A stretch of DNA of 29,396 nucleotides from Utricularia gibba (Eukaryota; Plantae; Magnoliophyta): assembly GCA_002189035.1 (NCBI GenBank), contig NEEC01000490.1, forward strand, positions 1-29,396, read 5' to 3'. This document shows, piece by piece, positions 1-14,200 of the stretch; within the stretch, counting starts at the first letter, position 1, and every line of letters starts with the position of its first letter. Made by a program: the position numbers and the translations under genes. The notes beneath the pieces are model-generated. The model did no database searches. It was not told the origin of the DNA and was given only the letters and a program-made list of their open reading frames with translations.

Positions 1-3000
1 GACATTGATGCAAATGGGATACACGGCAAAAGAATCAAATAGCCACTAGAGACATGGTGTATGGGAATGGTGCATCAAGAATCAGAAGTATCATAGCAAC
101 TAATTGAATCAATCAACAGCCAAAACATATGGTGTCAAACTTCATCGGATATGCGATCAAGATGGAAAAAAGTCACATGTTACATCATGAATTTCGTGGC
201 ATCACTTATCCCAACACTGTTGTATACTCAGGATATGCGTAAATATTTATTTTTAACAATCCGGTGCACGTGTGATTTTTCGGCTGCATCCCGAATGGTG
301 ATGCGCAATGAAATGACTATGTCGCACATCCTGGTCCACGAAGCACCTCTTCGAAACATGTAGAGCCTTACTCTTCATAGCACACCATTGGGAAGCTTTA
401 TTCGTGCTCCCATATGGAGTTACGTTTTCCGATAACTGTGGACATATTAAAAACAACCTCAACGAAAAGTGTCTTCCTTCTTGGTGGCTGCGTTAAGAAT
501 GTGCTTCTCGTTCTCGACATTGATGCAAATGGGATACACGGCAAAAGAATCAAATAGCCACTAGAGACATGGTGTATGGGAATGGTGCATCAAGAATCAG
601 AAGTATCATAGCAACTAATTGAATCAATCAACAGCCAAAACATATGGTGTCAAACTTCATCGGATATGCGATCAAGATGGAAAAAAGTCACATGTTACAT
701 CATGAATTTCGTGGCATCACTTATCCCAACTGTTGTATACTCAGGATATGCGTAAATATTTATTTTTAACAATCCGGTGCACGTGTGATTTTTCGGCTGC
801 ATCCCGAATGGTGATGCGCAATGAAATGACTATGTCGCACATCCTGGTCCACGAAGCACCTTCGAAACATGTAGAGCCTTACTCTTCATAGCACACCATT
901 GGGAAGCTTTATTCGTGCTCCAAGTAATATCATATGGAGTTACGTTTTTCCGATAACTGTGGACATATTAAAAAACCAACGAAAAGTGTCTTCCGTGTCC
1001 TTCTTGTGGCTGCGTCTAAGAATGTGCTTCTCGTTCTCGACATTGATGCAAATGGGATACACGGCAAAAGAATCAAATAGCCACTAGAGACATGGTGTAT
1101 GGGAATGGTGCATCAAGAATCAGAAGTATCATAGCAACTAATTGAATCAATCAACAGCCAAAACATATGGTGTCAAACTTCATCGGATATGCGATCAAGA
1201 TGGAAAAAAGTCACATGTTACATCATGAATTTCGTGGCATCACTTATCCCAACACTGTTGTATACTCAGGATATGCGTAAATATTTATTTTTAACAATCC
1301 GGTGCACGTGTGATTTTTCGGCTGCATCCCGAATGGTGATGCGCAATGAAATGACTATGTCGCACATCCTGGTCCACGAAGCACCTCTTCGAAAACATGT
1401 ATTACTCTTCATAGCACACCATTGGGAAGCTTTATTCGTGCTCCAAGTAATATCATATGGAGTTACGTTTTCCGATAACTGTGGACATATTAAAAACAAC
1501 CCAACGAAAAGTGTCTTGTCCTTCCTTGGTGGCTGCGTCTAAGAATGTGCTTCTCGTTCTCGACATTGATGCAAATGGATACACGGCAAAAGAATCAAAT
1601 AGCCACTAGAGACATGGTGTATGGGAATGGTGCATCAAGAATCAGAAGTATCATAGCAACTAATTGAATCAATCAACAGCCAAAACATATGGTGTCAAAC
1701 TTCATCGGATATGCGATCAAGATGGAAAAAAGTCACATGTTACATCATGAATTTCGTGGCATCACTGTTGTATACTCAGGATATGCGTAAATATTTATTT
1801 TTAACAAATCCGGTGCACGTGTGATTTTCGGCTGCATCCCGAATGGTGATGCGCAATGAAATGACTATGTCGCACATCCTGGTCCACGAAGCACCTCTTC
1901 GAAAACATGTAGAGCCTTACTCTTCATAGCACACCATTGGGAAGCTTTATTCGTGCTCCAAGTAATATCATATGGAGTTACGTTTTTCCGATAACTGTGG
2001 ACATATTAAAAACAACCTCAACGAAAAGTGTCTTCCGTGTCCTTCCTTGGTGGCTGCGTCTAAGAATGTGCTTCTCGTTCTCGACATTGATGCAAATGGG
2101 ATACACGGCAAAAGAATCAAATAGCCACTAGAGACATGGTGTATGGGAATGGTGCATCAAGAATCAGAAGTATCATAGCAACTAATTGAATCAATCAACA
2201 GCCAAACATATGGTGTCAAACTTCATCGGATATGCGATCAAGATGGAAAAAGTCACATGTTACATCATGAATTTCGTGGCATCACTTATCCAACACTGTT
2301 GTATACTCAGGATATGCGTAAATATTTTTTTTAACAAATCCGGTGCACGTGTGATTTTTCGGCTGCATCCCGAATGGTGATGCGCAATGAAATGACTATG
2401 TCGCACATCTGGTCCACGAAGCACCTCTTCGAAAACATGTAGAGCCTTACTCTTCATAGCACACCATTGGGAAGCTTTATTCGTGCTCAAGTAATATCAT
2501 ATGGAGTTACGTTTTCCGATAACTGTGGACATGAAAAGTGTCTTCCGTGTCCTTCCTTGGTGGCTGCGTTAAGAATGTGCTTCTCGTTCTCGACATTGAT
2601 GCAAATGGGATACACGGCAAAAGAATCAAATAGCCACTAGAGACATGGTGTATGGGAATGGTGCATCAAGAATCAGAAGTATCATAGCAACTAATTGAAT
2701 CAATCAACAGCCAAAACATATGGTGTCAAACTTCATCGGATATGCGATCAAGATGGAAAAAAGTCACATGTTACATCATGAATTTCGTGGCATCACTTAT
2801 CCCAACACTGTTGTATACTCAGGATATGCGTAAATATTTATTTTTAACAAATCCGGTGCACGTGTGATTTTTCGGCTGCATCCCGAATGGTGATGCGCAA
2901 TGAAATGACTATGTCGCACATCCTGGTCCACGAAGCACCTCTTCGAAACATGTAGAGCCTTACTCTTCATAGCACACCATTGGGAAGCTTTATTCGTGCT

Positions 3001-6000
3001 CCAAGTAATATCATATGGAGTTACGTTTTTCCGATAACTGTGGACATATTAAAAACAACCTCAACGAAAAGTGTCTTCCGTGTCCTTCTTGGTGGCTGCG
3101 TCTAAGAATGTGCTTCTCGTTCTCGACATTGATGCAAATGGGATACACGGCAAAAGAATCAAATAGCCACTAGAGACATGGTGTATGGGAATGGTGCATC
3201 AAGAATCAGAAGTATCATAGCAACTAATTGAATCATCAACAGCCAAAACATATGGTGTCAAACTTCATCGGATATGCGATCAAGATGGAAAAAAGTCACA
3301 TGTTACATCATGAATTTCGTGGCATCACTTATCCCAACACTGTTGTATACTCAGGATATGCGTAAATATTTATTTTTAACAAATCCGGTGCACGTGTGAT
3401 TTTTCGGCTGCATCCCGAATGGTGATGCGCAATGAAATGACTATGTCGCACATCCTGGTCCACGAAGCACCTCTTCGAAATGTAGAGCCTTACTCTTCAT
3501 AGCACACCATTGGGAAGCTTTATTCGTGCTCCAAGTAATATCATATGGAGTTACGTTTTTCCGATAACTGTGGACATATTAAAAACAACCTCAACGAAAA
3601 GTGTCTTCCGTGTCCTTCCTTGGTGGCTGCGTCTAAGAATGTGCTTCTCGTTCTCGACATTGATGCAAATGGGATACACGGCAAAAGAATCAAATAGCCA
3701 CTAGAGACATGGTGTATGGGAATGGTGCATCAAGAATCAGAAGTATCATAGCAACTAATTGAATCAATCAACAGCCAAAACATATGGTGTCAAACTTCAT
3801 CGGATATGCGATCAAGATGGAAAAAAGTCACATGTTACATCATGAATTCGTGGCATCACTTATCCCAAACTGTTGTATACTCAGGATATGCGTAAATATT
3901 TATTTTTAACCCGGTGCACGTGTGATTTTTCGGCTGCATCCCGAATGGTGATGCGCAATGAAATGACTATGTCGCACATCCTGGTCCACGAAGCACCTCT
4001 TCGAATACATGTAGAGCCTTACTCTTCATAGCACACCATTGGGAAGCTTTATTCGTGCTCCAAGTAATATCATATGGAGTTACGTTTTCCGATAACTGTG
4101 GACATATTAAAAACAACCTCAACGAAAAGTGTCTTCCGTGTCCTTCTTGGTGGCTGCGTCTAAGAATGTGCTTCTCGTTCTCGAATTGATGCAAATGGGA
4201 TACACGGCAAAAGAATCAAATAGCCACTAGAGACATGGTGTATGGGAATGGTGCATCAAGAATCAGAAGTATCATAGCAACTAATTGAATCAATCAACAG
4301 CCAAAACAATGGTGTCAAACTTCATCGGATATGCGATCAAGATGGAAAAAAGTCACATGTTACATCATGAATTTCGTGGCATCACTTATCCCAACACTGT
4401 TGTATACTCAGGATATGCGTAAATATTTATTTTTAACAAATCCGGTGCACGTGTGATTTTTCGGCTGCATCCCGAATGGTGATGCGCAATGAAATGACTA
4501 TGTCGCACATCCTGGTCCACGAAGCACCTCTTCGAAAACATGTAGAGCTTACTCTTCATAGCACACCATTGGGAAGCTTTATTCGTGCTCAAGTAATATC
4601 ATATGGAGTTACGTTTTTCCGATAACTGTGGACATATTAAAAACAACCTCAACGAAAAGTGTCTTCCGTGTCCTTCCTTGGTGGCTGCGTCTAAGAATGT
4701 GCTTCTCGTTCTCGACATTGATGCAAATGGGATACACGGCAAAAGAATCAAATAGCCACTAGAGACATGGTGTATGGGAATGGTGCATCAAGAATCAGAA
4801 GTATCATAGCAACTAATTGAATCAATCAACAGCCAAAACATATGGTGTCAAACTTCATCGGATATGCGATCAAGATGGAAAAAAGTCACATGTTACATCA
4901 TGAATTTCGTGGCATCACTTATCCCAACACTGTTGTATACTCAGGATATGCGTAAATTTTATTTTTAACAAATCCGGTGCACGTGTGATTTTTCGGCTGC
5001 ATCCCGAATGGTGATGCGCAATGAAATGACTATGTCGCACATCCTGGTCCACGAAGCACCTCTTCGAAACATGTAGAGCCTTACTCTTCATAGCACACCA
5101 TTGGAAGCTTTATTCGTGCTCAAGTAATATCATATGGAGTTACGTTTTTCCGATAACTGTGGACATATTAAAAACAACCTCAACGAAAAGTGTCTTCCGT
5201 GTCCTTCTTGGTGGCTGCGTCTAATGTGCTTCTCGTTCTCGACATTGATGCAAATGGGATACACGGCAAAAGAATCAAATAGCCACTAGAGACATGGTGT
5301 ATGGGAATGGTGCATCAAGAATCAGAAGTATCATAGCAACTAATTGAATCAATCAACAGCCAAAACATATGGTGTCAAACTTCATCGGATATGCGATCAA
5401 GATGGAAAAAAGTCACATGTTACATCATGAATTTCGTGGCATCACTTATCCCAACACTGTTGTATACTCAGGATATGCGTAAATATTTATTTTTAACAAT
5501 CCGGTGCACGTGTGATTTTTCGGCTGCATCCCGAATGGTGATGCGCAATGAAATGACTATGTCGCACATCCTGGTCCACGAAGCACCTCTTCGAAAACAT
5601 GTAGATTACTCTTCATAGCACACCATTGGGAAGCTTTATTCGTGCTCCAAGTAATATCATATGGAGTTACGTTTTCCGATAACTGTGGACATATTAAAAA
5701 CAACCACAACGAAAAGTGTCTTTGTCCTTCTTGGTGGCTGCGTTAAGATGTGCTTCTCGTTCTCGACATTGATGCAAATGGGATACACGGCAAAAGAATC
5801 AAATAGCCACTAGAGACATGGTGTATGGGAATGGTGCATCAAGAATCAGAAGTATCATAGCAACTAATTGAATCAATCAACAGCAAAACATATGGTGTCA
5901 AACTTCATCGATATGCGATCAAGATGGAAAAAAGTCACATGTTACATCATGAATTTCGTGGCATCACTTATCCCAAACTGTTGTATACTCAGGATATGCG

Positions 6001-7769
6001 TAAATATTTATTTTTAACAATCCGGTGCACGTGTGATTTTCGGCTGCATCCCGAATGGTGATGCGCAATGAAATGACTATGTCGCACATCCTGGTCCACG
6101 AAGCACCTCTTCGAAACATGTAGAGCTACTCTTCATAGCACACCATTGGAAGCTTTATTCGTGCTCCAAGTAATATCATATGGAGTTACGTTTTCCGATA
6201 ACTGTGGACATATTAAAACAACCTCAACGAAAAGTGTCTTGTGTCTTCCTTGGTGGCTGCCTTCGTTCTCGACATTGATGCAAATGGGATACACGGCAAA
6301 GAATCAAATAGCCACTAGAGACATGGTGTATGGGAATGGTGCATCAAGAATCAGAAGTATCATCTAATTGAATCAATCAACAGCCAAAACATATGGTGTC
6401 AAACTTCATCGGATATGCGATCAAGATGGAAAAAAGTCACATGTTACATCATGAATTTCGTGGCATCACTTATCCAACACTGTTGTATACTCAGGATATG
6501 CGTAAATATTTATTTTTAACAAATCCGGTGCACGTGTGATTTTTCGGCTGCATCCGAATGGTGATGCGCAATGAAATGACTATGTCGCACATCCTGGTCC
6601 ACGAAGCACCTCTTCGAAACATGTAGAGCCTTACTCTTCATAGCACACATTGGGAAGCTTTATTCGTGCTCCAAGTAATATCATATGGAGTTACGTTTTC
6701 CGATAACTGTGGACATATTAAAAACAAACCTCAACGAAAAGTGTCTTGGTGTCCTTCTTGGTGGCTGCGTTAAGAATGTGCTTCTCGTTCTCGACATTGA
6801 TGCAAATGGGATACACGGCAAAAGATCAAATAGCCACTAGAGACATGGTGTATGGGAATGGTGCATCAAGAATCAGAAGTATCATAGCAACTAATTGAAT
6901 CAATCAACAGCCAAAACATATGGTGTCAAACTTCATCGGATATGCGATCAAGATGGAAAAAAGTCACATGTTACATCATGAATTTCGTGCATCACTTATC
7001 CCAACACTGTTGTATACTCAGGATATGCGTAAATTTTTTTTAACAAATCCGGTGCACGTGTGATTTTTCGGCTGCATCCCGAATGGTGATGCGCAATGAA
7101 ATGACTATGTCGCACATCCTGGTCCACGAAGCACCTCTTCGAAAACATGTAGAGCCTTACTCTTCATAGCACACCATTGGGAAGCTTTATTCGTGCTCCA
7201 AGTAATATCATATGGAGTTACGTTTATAACTGTGGACATATTAAAAACAACTCAACGAAAAGTGTCTTGTCCTTCCTTGGTGGCTGCGTCTAAGATGTGC
7301 TTCTCGTTCTCGACATTGATGCAAAATACACGGCAAAAGAATCAAATAGCACTAGAGACATGGTGTATGGGAATGGTGCATCAAGAATCAGAAGTATCAT
7401 AGCAACTAATGAATCAATCAACAGCCAAAAATATGGTGTCAAACTTCATCGGATATGCGATCAATGGAAAAAAGTCACATGTTACATCATGAATTTCGTG
7501 CATCACTTATCCCAACACTGTTGTATACTCAGGATATGCGTAAATATTTATTTTTAACAAATCCGGTGCACGTGTGATTTTTCGGCTGCATCCGAATGGT
7601 GATGCGCAATGAAATGACTATGTCGCACATCCTGGACGAAGCACCTCTTCGAAACATGTAGAGCCTTACTCTTCATAGCACACCATTGGGAAGCTTTATT
7701 CGTGCTCAAGTAATCATATGGAGTTACGTTTTTCCGATAACTGTGGACATATTAAAAACAACCTCAACG

Positions 7770-8280
7770 AAAAGTGTCTTCAAGAAGTGCTTCTCGTTCT
7801 CCATTGATGCAAATGGGATACACGGCAAAAGAATCAAATAGCCACTAGAGACATGGTGTATGGGAATGGTGCATCAAGAATCAGAAGTATCATAGCAACT
7901 AATTGAATCAATCAACAGCCAAAACATATGGTGTCAAACTTCATCGGATATGCGATCAAGATGGAAAAACATGTTACATCATGAATTTCGTGGCATCACT
8001 TATCCCAACACTGTTGTATACTCAGGATATGCGTAATATTTATTTTTAACAAATCCGGTGTGTGATTTTTCGGCTGCATCCCGAATGGTGAAATGAAATG
8101 ACACATCACGAAGCACCTCTCATGTAGAACTCTTCATAGTTGGAAGATTCGTGCTCCATAAGGAGTTACGTTTTCCGATAACTGTGGACATATTAAAAAC
8201 GAAAAGAAGAATGTGCTTCTCGTTCTCGAGATGCACACGGCAAAGAATCAAATAGCCACTAGAGACCATCAAGAATCAGA
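7770..8280. other. Deletion-riddled segment of the array (copies 15-17 are ~489, ~427 and ~489 nt)
   Basis: There are many 3-40 nt deletions with almost no substitutions, e.g. AAAAAC[AACCTCAAC]GAAAAG at ~8195-8206 and loss of the GTGTC...GCGTCT block at ~7780 and ~8206. Confidence 0.9.
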
Positions 8281-11200
8281 AGTATCATAGCAACTAATTG
8301 AATCAATCAACAGCCAAAACATATGGTGTCAAACTTCATCGATATGCGATCAAGATGGAAAAAAGTCACATGTTACATCATGAATTTCGTGGCATCACTT
8401 ATCTGTTGTATACTCAGGATATGTAAATATTTATTTTTAACAAATCCGGTGCACGTGTGATTTTTCGGCTGCATCCGAATGGTGATGCGCAATGAAATGA
8501 CTATGTCGCACATCCTGGTCCACGAAGCACCTCTTCGAAAATGTAGAGCCTTACTCTTCATAGCACACCATTGGGAAGCTTTATTCGTGCTCCAAGTAAT
8601 ATCATATGGAGTTACGTTTTTCCGATAACTGTGGACATATTAAAAACAACCTCAACGAAAAGTGTCTTCCGTGTCCTTCCTTGGTGGCTGCGTCTAAGAA
8701 TGTGCTTCTCGTTCTCGACATTGATGCAAATGGGATACACGGCAAAAGAATCAAATAGCCACTAGAGACATGGTGTATGGGAATGGTGCATCAAGAATCA
8801 GAAGTATCATAGCAACTAATTGATCAATCAACGCCAAAACATATGGTGTCAAACTTCATCGGATATGCGATCAAGATGGAAAAAAGTCACATGTTACATC
8901 ATGAATTTCGTGCATCACTTATCCAACACTGTTGTATACTCAGGATATGCGTAAATATTTATTTTTAACAAATCCGGTGCACGTGTGATTTTTCGGCTGC
9001 ATCCCGAATGGTGATGCGCAATGAAATGACTATGTCGCACATCCTGGTCCACGAAGCACCTCTTCGAAACATGTAGAGCTTACTCTTCATAGCACACCAT
9101 TGGGAAGCTTTATTCGTGCTCCAAGTAATATCATATGGAGTTACGTTTTTCCGATAACTGTGGACATATTAAAAACAACCTCAACGAAAAGTGTCTTCCG
9201 TGTCCTTCCTTGGTGGCTGCGTTAAGAATGTGCTTCTCGTTCTCGACATTGATGCACACGGCAAAAGAATCAAATAGCCACTAGAGACATGGTGTATGGA
9301 ATGGTGCATCAAGAATCAGAAGTATCATAGCAACTAATTGAATCAATCAACAGCCAAAACATATGGTGTCAAACTTCATCGGATATGCGATCAAGATGGA
9401 AAAAAGTCACATGTTACATCATGAATTTCGTGGCATCACTTATCCCAACACTGTTTATACTCAGGATATGCGTAAATATTTATTTTAACAAATCCGGTGC
9501 ACGTGTGATTTTCGGCTGCATCCCGAATGGTGATGCGCAATGAAATGACTATGTCGCACATCCTGGTCCACGAAGCACCTCTTCGAAACATGTAGAGCTT
9601 ACTCTTCATAGCACACCATTGGGAAGCTTTATTCGTGCTCCAAGTAATATCATATGGAGTTACGTTTTCCGATAACTGTGGACATATTAAAACAAACCAA
9701 CGAAAAGTGTCTTCCGTGTCCTTTTGGTGGCTGCGTCTAAGAATGTGCTTCTCGTTCTCGACATTGATGCAAATGGGATACACGGCAAAAGAATCAAATA
9801 GCACTAGAGACATGGTGTATGGGAATGGTGCATCAAGAATCAGAAGTATCATAGCAACTAATTGAATCAATCAACAGCCAAAACATATGGTGTCAAACTT
9901 CATCGGATATGCGATCAAGATGGAAAAAAGTCACATGTTACATCATGAATTTCGTGGCATCACTTATCCCAAACTGTTGTAATACTCAGGATATGCGTAA
10001 ATATTTATTTTTAACAAATCCGGTGCACGTGTGATTTTTCGGCTGCATCCCGAATGGTGATGCGCAATGAAATGACTATGTCGCACATCCTGGTCACGAA
10101 GCACCTCTTCGAAACATGTAGAGCCTTACTCTTCATAGCACACCATTGGGAAGCTTTATTCGTGCTCCAAGTAATATCATATGGAGTTACGTTTTTCCGA
10201 TAACTGTGGTATTAAAAACAAACCTCAACGAAAAGTGTCTTCGTGTCCTTCCTTGGTGGCTGCGTTAAGAATGTGCTTCTCGTTCTCGACATTGATGCAA
10301 ATGGGATACACGGCAAAAGAATCAAATAGCCACTAGAGACATGGTGTATGGGAATGGTGCATCAAGAATCAGAAGTATCATAGCAACTAATTGAATCAAT
10401 CAACAGCCAAAACATATGGTGTCAAACTTCATCGGATATGCGATCAAGATGGAAAAAAGTCACATGTTACATCATGAATTTCGTGGCATCACTTATCCCA
10501 ACACTGTTGTATACTCAGGATATGCGTAAATATTTATTTTTAACAATCCGGTGCACGTGTGATTTTTCGGCTGCATCCCGAATGGTGATGCGCAATGAAA
10601 TGACTATGTCGCACATCCTGGTCCGAAGCACCTCTTCGAAACATGTAGAGCCTTACTCTTCATAGCACACCATTGGAAGCTTATTCGTGCTCAAGTAATA
10701 TCATATGGAGTTACGTTTTTCCGATAACTGTGGACATATTAAAAACAACCTCAACGAAAAGTGTCTTCTGTCCTTCCTTGTGGCTGCGTCTAAGAATGTG
10801 CTTCTCGTTCTCGACATTGATGCAAATGGGATACACGGCAAAAGAATCAAATAGCCACTAGAGACATGGTGTATGGAATGGTGCATCAAGAATCAGAAGT
10901 ATCATAGCAACTAATTGAATCAATCAACAGCCAAAACATATGGTGTCAAACTTCATCGGATATGCGATCAAGATGGAAAAAAGTCACATGTTACATCATG
11001 AATTTCGTGGCATCACTTATCCCAACACTGTTGTATACTCAGGATATGCGTAAATATTTATTTTTAACAATCCGGTGCACGTGTGATTTTTCGGCTGCAT
11101 CCCGAATGGTGATGCGCAATGAAATGACTATGTCGCACATCCTGGTCCACGAAGCACCTCTTCGAAACATGTAGAGCCTTACTCTTCATAGCACACCATT

Positions 11201-14200
11201 GGGAAGCTTTATTCGTGCTCCAAGTAATATCATATGGAGTTACGTTTTTCCGATAACTGTGGACATATTAAAAACAACCAAACGAAAAGTGTCTTCCGTG
11301 TCCTTCTTGGTGGCTGCGTCTAAGAATGTGCTTCTCGTTCTCGACATTGATGCAAATGGATACACGGCAAAAGAATCAAATAGCCACTAGAGACATGGTG
11401 TATGGGAATGGTGCATCAAGAATCAGAAGTATCATAGCAACTAATTGAATCAATCAACAGCCAAAACATATGGTGTCAAACTTCATCGGATATGCGATCA
11501 AGATGGAAAAAAGTCACATGTTACATCATGAATTTCGTGGCATCACTTATCCCAAACTGTGTATACTCAGGATATGCGTAAATATTTATTTTTAACAATC
11601 CGGTGCACGTGTGATTTTTCGGCTGCATCCCGAATGGTGATGCGCAATGAAATGACTATGTCGCACATCCTGGTCCACGAAGCACCTCTTCGAAACATGT
11701 AGAGCCTTACTCTTCATAGCACACCATTGGGAAGCTTTATTCGTGCTCCAAGTAATATCATATGGAGTTACGTTTGTCCGATAACTGTGGACATATTAAA
11801 AACAACCACAACGAAAAGTGTCTTCCGTGTCCTTCCTTGGTGGCTGCGTCTAAGAATGTGCTTCTCGTTCTCGACATTGATGCAAATGGGATACACGGCA
11901 AAAGAATCAAATAGCCACTAGAGACATGTGTATGGGAATGGTGCATCAAGAATCAGAAGTATCATAGCAACTAATTGAATCAATCAACAGCCAAAACATA
12001 TGGTGTCAAACTTCATCGGATATGCGATCAAGATGGAAAAAAGTCACATGTTACATCATGAATTTCGTGGCATCACTTATCCCAACACTGTTGTATACTC
12101 AGGATATGCGTAAATATTTATTTTTAACAAATCCGGTGCACGTGTGATTTTTCGGCTGCATCCCGAATGGTGATGCGCAATGAAATGACTATGTCGCACA
12201 TCCTGGTCCACGAAGCACCTCTTCGAAAACATGTAGAGCCTTACTCTTCATAGCACACCATTGGAAGCTTTATTCGTGCTCCAAGTAATATCATATGGAG
12301 TTACGTTTTTCCGATAACTGTGGACATATTAAAAACAACCTCAACGAAAAGTGTCTTCCGTGTCCTTCCTTGGTGGCTGCGTCTAGAATGTGCTTCTCGT
12401 TCTCGACATTGATGCAAATGGATACACGGCAAAAGAATCAAATAGCCACTAGAGACATGGTGTAGGAATGGTGCATCAAGAATCAGAAGTATCATAGCAA
12501 CTAATTGAATCAATCAACAGCCAAAACATATGGTGTCAAACTTCATCGGATATGCGATCAAGATGGAAAAAAGTCACATGTTACATCATGAATTTCGTGG
12601 CATCACTTATCCCAACACTGTTGTATACTCAGGATATGCGTAAATATTTATTTTTAACAAATCCGGTGCACGTGTGATTTTTCGGCTGCATCCCGAATGG
12701 TGATGCGCAATGAAATGACTATGTCGCACATCCTGGTCCACGAAGCACCTCTTCGAAAACATGTAGAGCCTTACTCTTCATAGCACACCATTGGGAAGCT
12801 TTATTCGTGCTCCAAGTAATATCATATGGAGTTACGTTTTTCCGATAACTGTGGACATATTAAAAACAACCTCAACGAAAAGTGTCTTCCGTGTCCTTCC
12901 TTGGTGGCTGCGTCTAAGAATGTGCTTCTCGTTCTCGACATTGATGCAAATGGATACACGGCAAAAGAATCAAATAGCCACTAGAGACATGGTGTAGGAA
13001 TGGTGCATCAAGAATCAGAAGTATCATAGCAACTAATTGAATCAATCAACAGCCAAAACATATGGTGTCAAACTTCATCGGATATGCGATCAAGATGGAA
13101 AAAAGTCACATGTTACATCATGAATTTCGTGGCATCACTTATCCCAACACTTTGTATACTCAGGATATGCGTAAATATTTATTTTTAACAAATCCGGTGC
13201 ACGTGTGATTTTTCGGCTGCATCCCGAATGGTGATGCGCAATGAAATGACTATGTCGCACATCCTGGTCCACGAAGCACCTCTTCAAAACATGTAGAGCC
13301 TTACTCTTCATAGCACACCATTGGAAGCTTTATTCGTGCTCCAAGTAATATCATATGGAGTTACGTTTTTCCGATAACTGGACATATTAAAAACAACCTC
13401 AACGAAAAGTGTCTTCCGTGTCCTTCCTTGGTGGCTGCGTCTAAGAATGTGCTTCTCGTTCTCGACATTGATGCAAATGGATACACGGCAAAAGAATCAA
13501 ATAGCCACTAGAGACATGTGTATGGAATGGTGCATCAAGAATCAGAAGTATCATAGCAACTAATTGAATCAATCAACAGCCAAAACATATGGTGTCAAAC
13601 TTCATCGGATATGCGATCAAGATGGAAAAAAAGTCACATGTTACATCATGAATTTCGTGGCATCACTTATCCCAACACTGTTGTATACTCAGGATATGCG
13701 TAAATATTTATTTTTAACAAATCCGGTGCACGTGTGATTTTTCGGCTGCATCCCGAATGGTGATGCGCAATGAAATGACTATGTCGCACATCCTGGTCCA
13801 CGAAGCACCTCTTCGAAAACATGTAGAGCCTTACTCTTCATAGCACACCATTGGGAAGCTTTATTCGTGCTCCAAGTAATATCATATGGAGTTACGTTTT
13901 TCCGATAACTGTGGACATATTAAAAACAACCAACGAAAAGTGTCTTCCGTGTCCTTCCTTGGTGGCTGCGTCTAAGAATGTGCTTCTCGTTCTCGACATT
14001 GATGCAAATGGATACACGGCAAAAGAATCAAATAGCCACTAGAGACATGGTGTATGGGAATGGTGCATCAAGAATCAGAAGTATCATAGCAACTAATTGA
14101 ATCAATCAACAGCCAAAACATATGTGTCAAACTTCATCGGATATGCGATCAAGATGGAAAAAAGTCACATGTTACATCATGAATTTCGTGGCATCACTTA

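Noticed and set aside
51-61. Kinetoplast minicircle CSB-3 similarity (TGGTGTA)
   Set aside because: Only 7 nt of GGGGTTGGTGTA match, and no CSB-1 or CSB-2 is evident.
147-239. Direct repeat GGATATGCG (147-155 and 231-239)
   Set aside because: One exact 9-mer pair is expected about 0.5 times by chance in 535 nt.
241-255. Yeast ARS-consensus-like ATTTATTTTTA, or a sigma70 promoter, in the AT-rich tract
   Set aside because: A 10/11 match inside a T-run is low-information, and no correctly spaced -35/-10 pair was found on either strand.
175-400. Many 6-bp palindromes/restriction sites (HindIII, BstBI, ApaLI, PmlI, FspI, BstZ17I, BspHI, SspI, NdeI x2, PciI x2) suggesting a synthetic construct
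   Set aside because: About 12 per monomer versus ~8 expected is not a clear excess. They are not clustered like a polylinker, and I recognise no vector, adapter or splint sequence.
1-515. Long ORF under alternative genetic codes (TAA/TAG=Gln gives ~210 aa; TGA=Trp extends one minus frame)
   Set aside because: With only about 7 TGA per plus-strand monomer such lengths are expected by chance. The products look unrecognisable and no frame becomes fully open.
1-515. Viroid-like circular RNA with ribozyme
   Set aside because: No hammerhead CUGANGA core on either strand. Only scattered 5-8 bp inverted matches occur (e.g. TTGATGCA 5-12 / TGCATCAA 71-78), not a continuous rod. A formal fold of both polarities against shuffles would be decisive.
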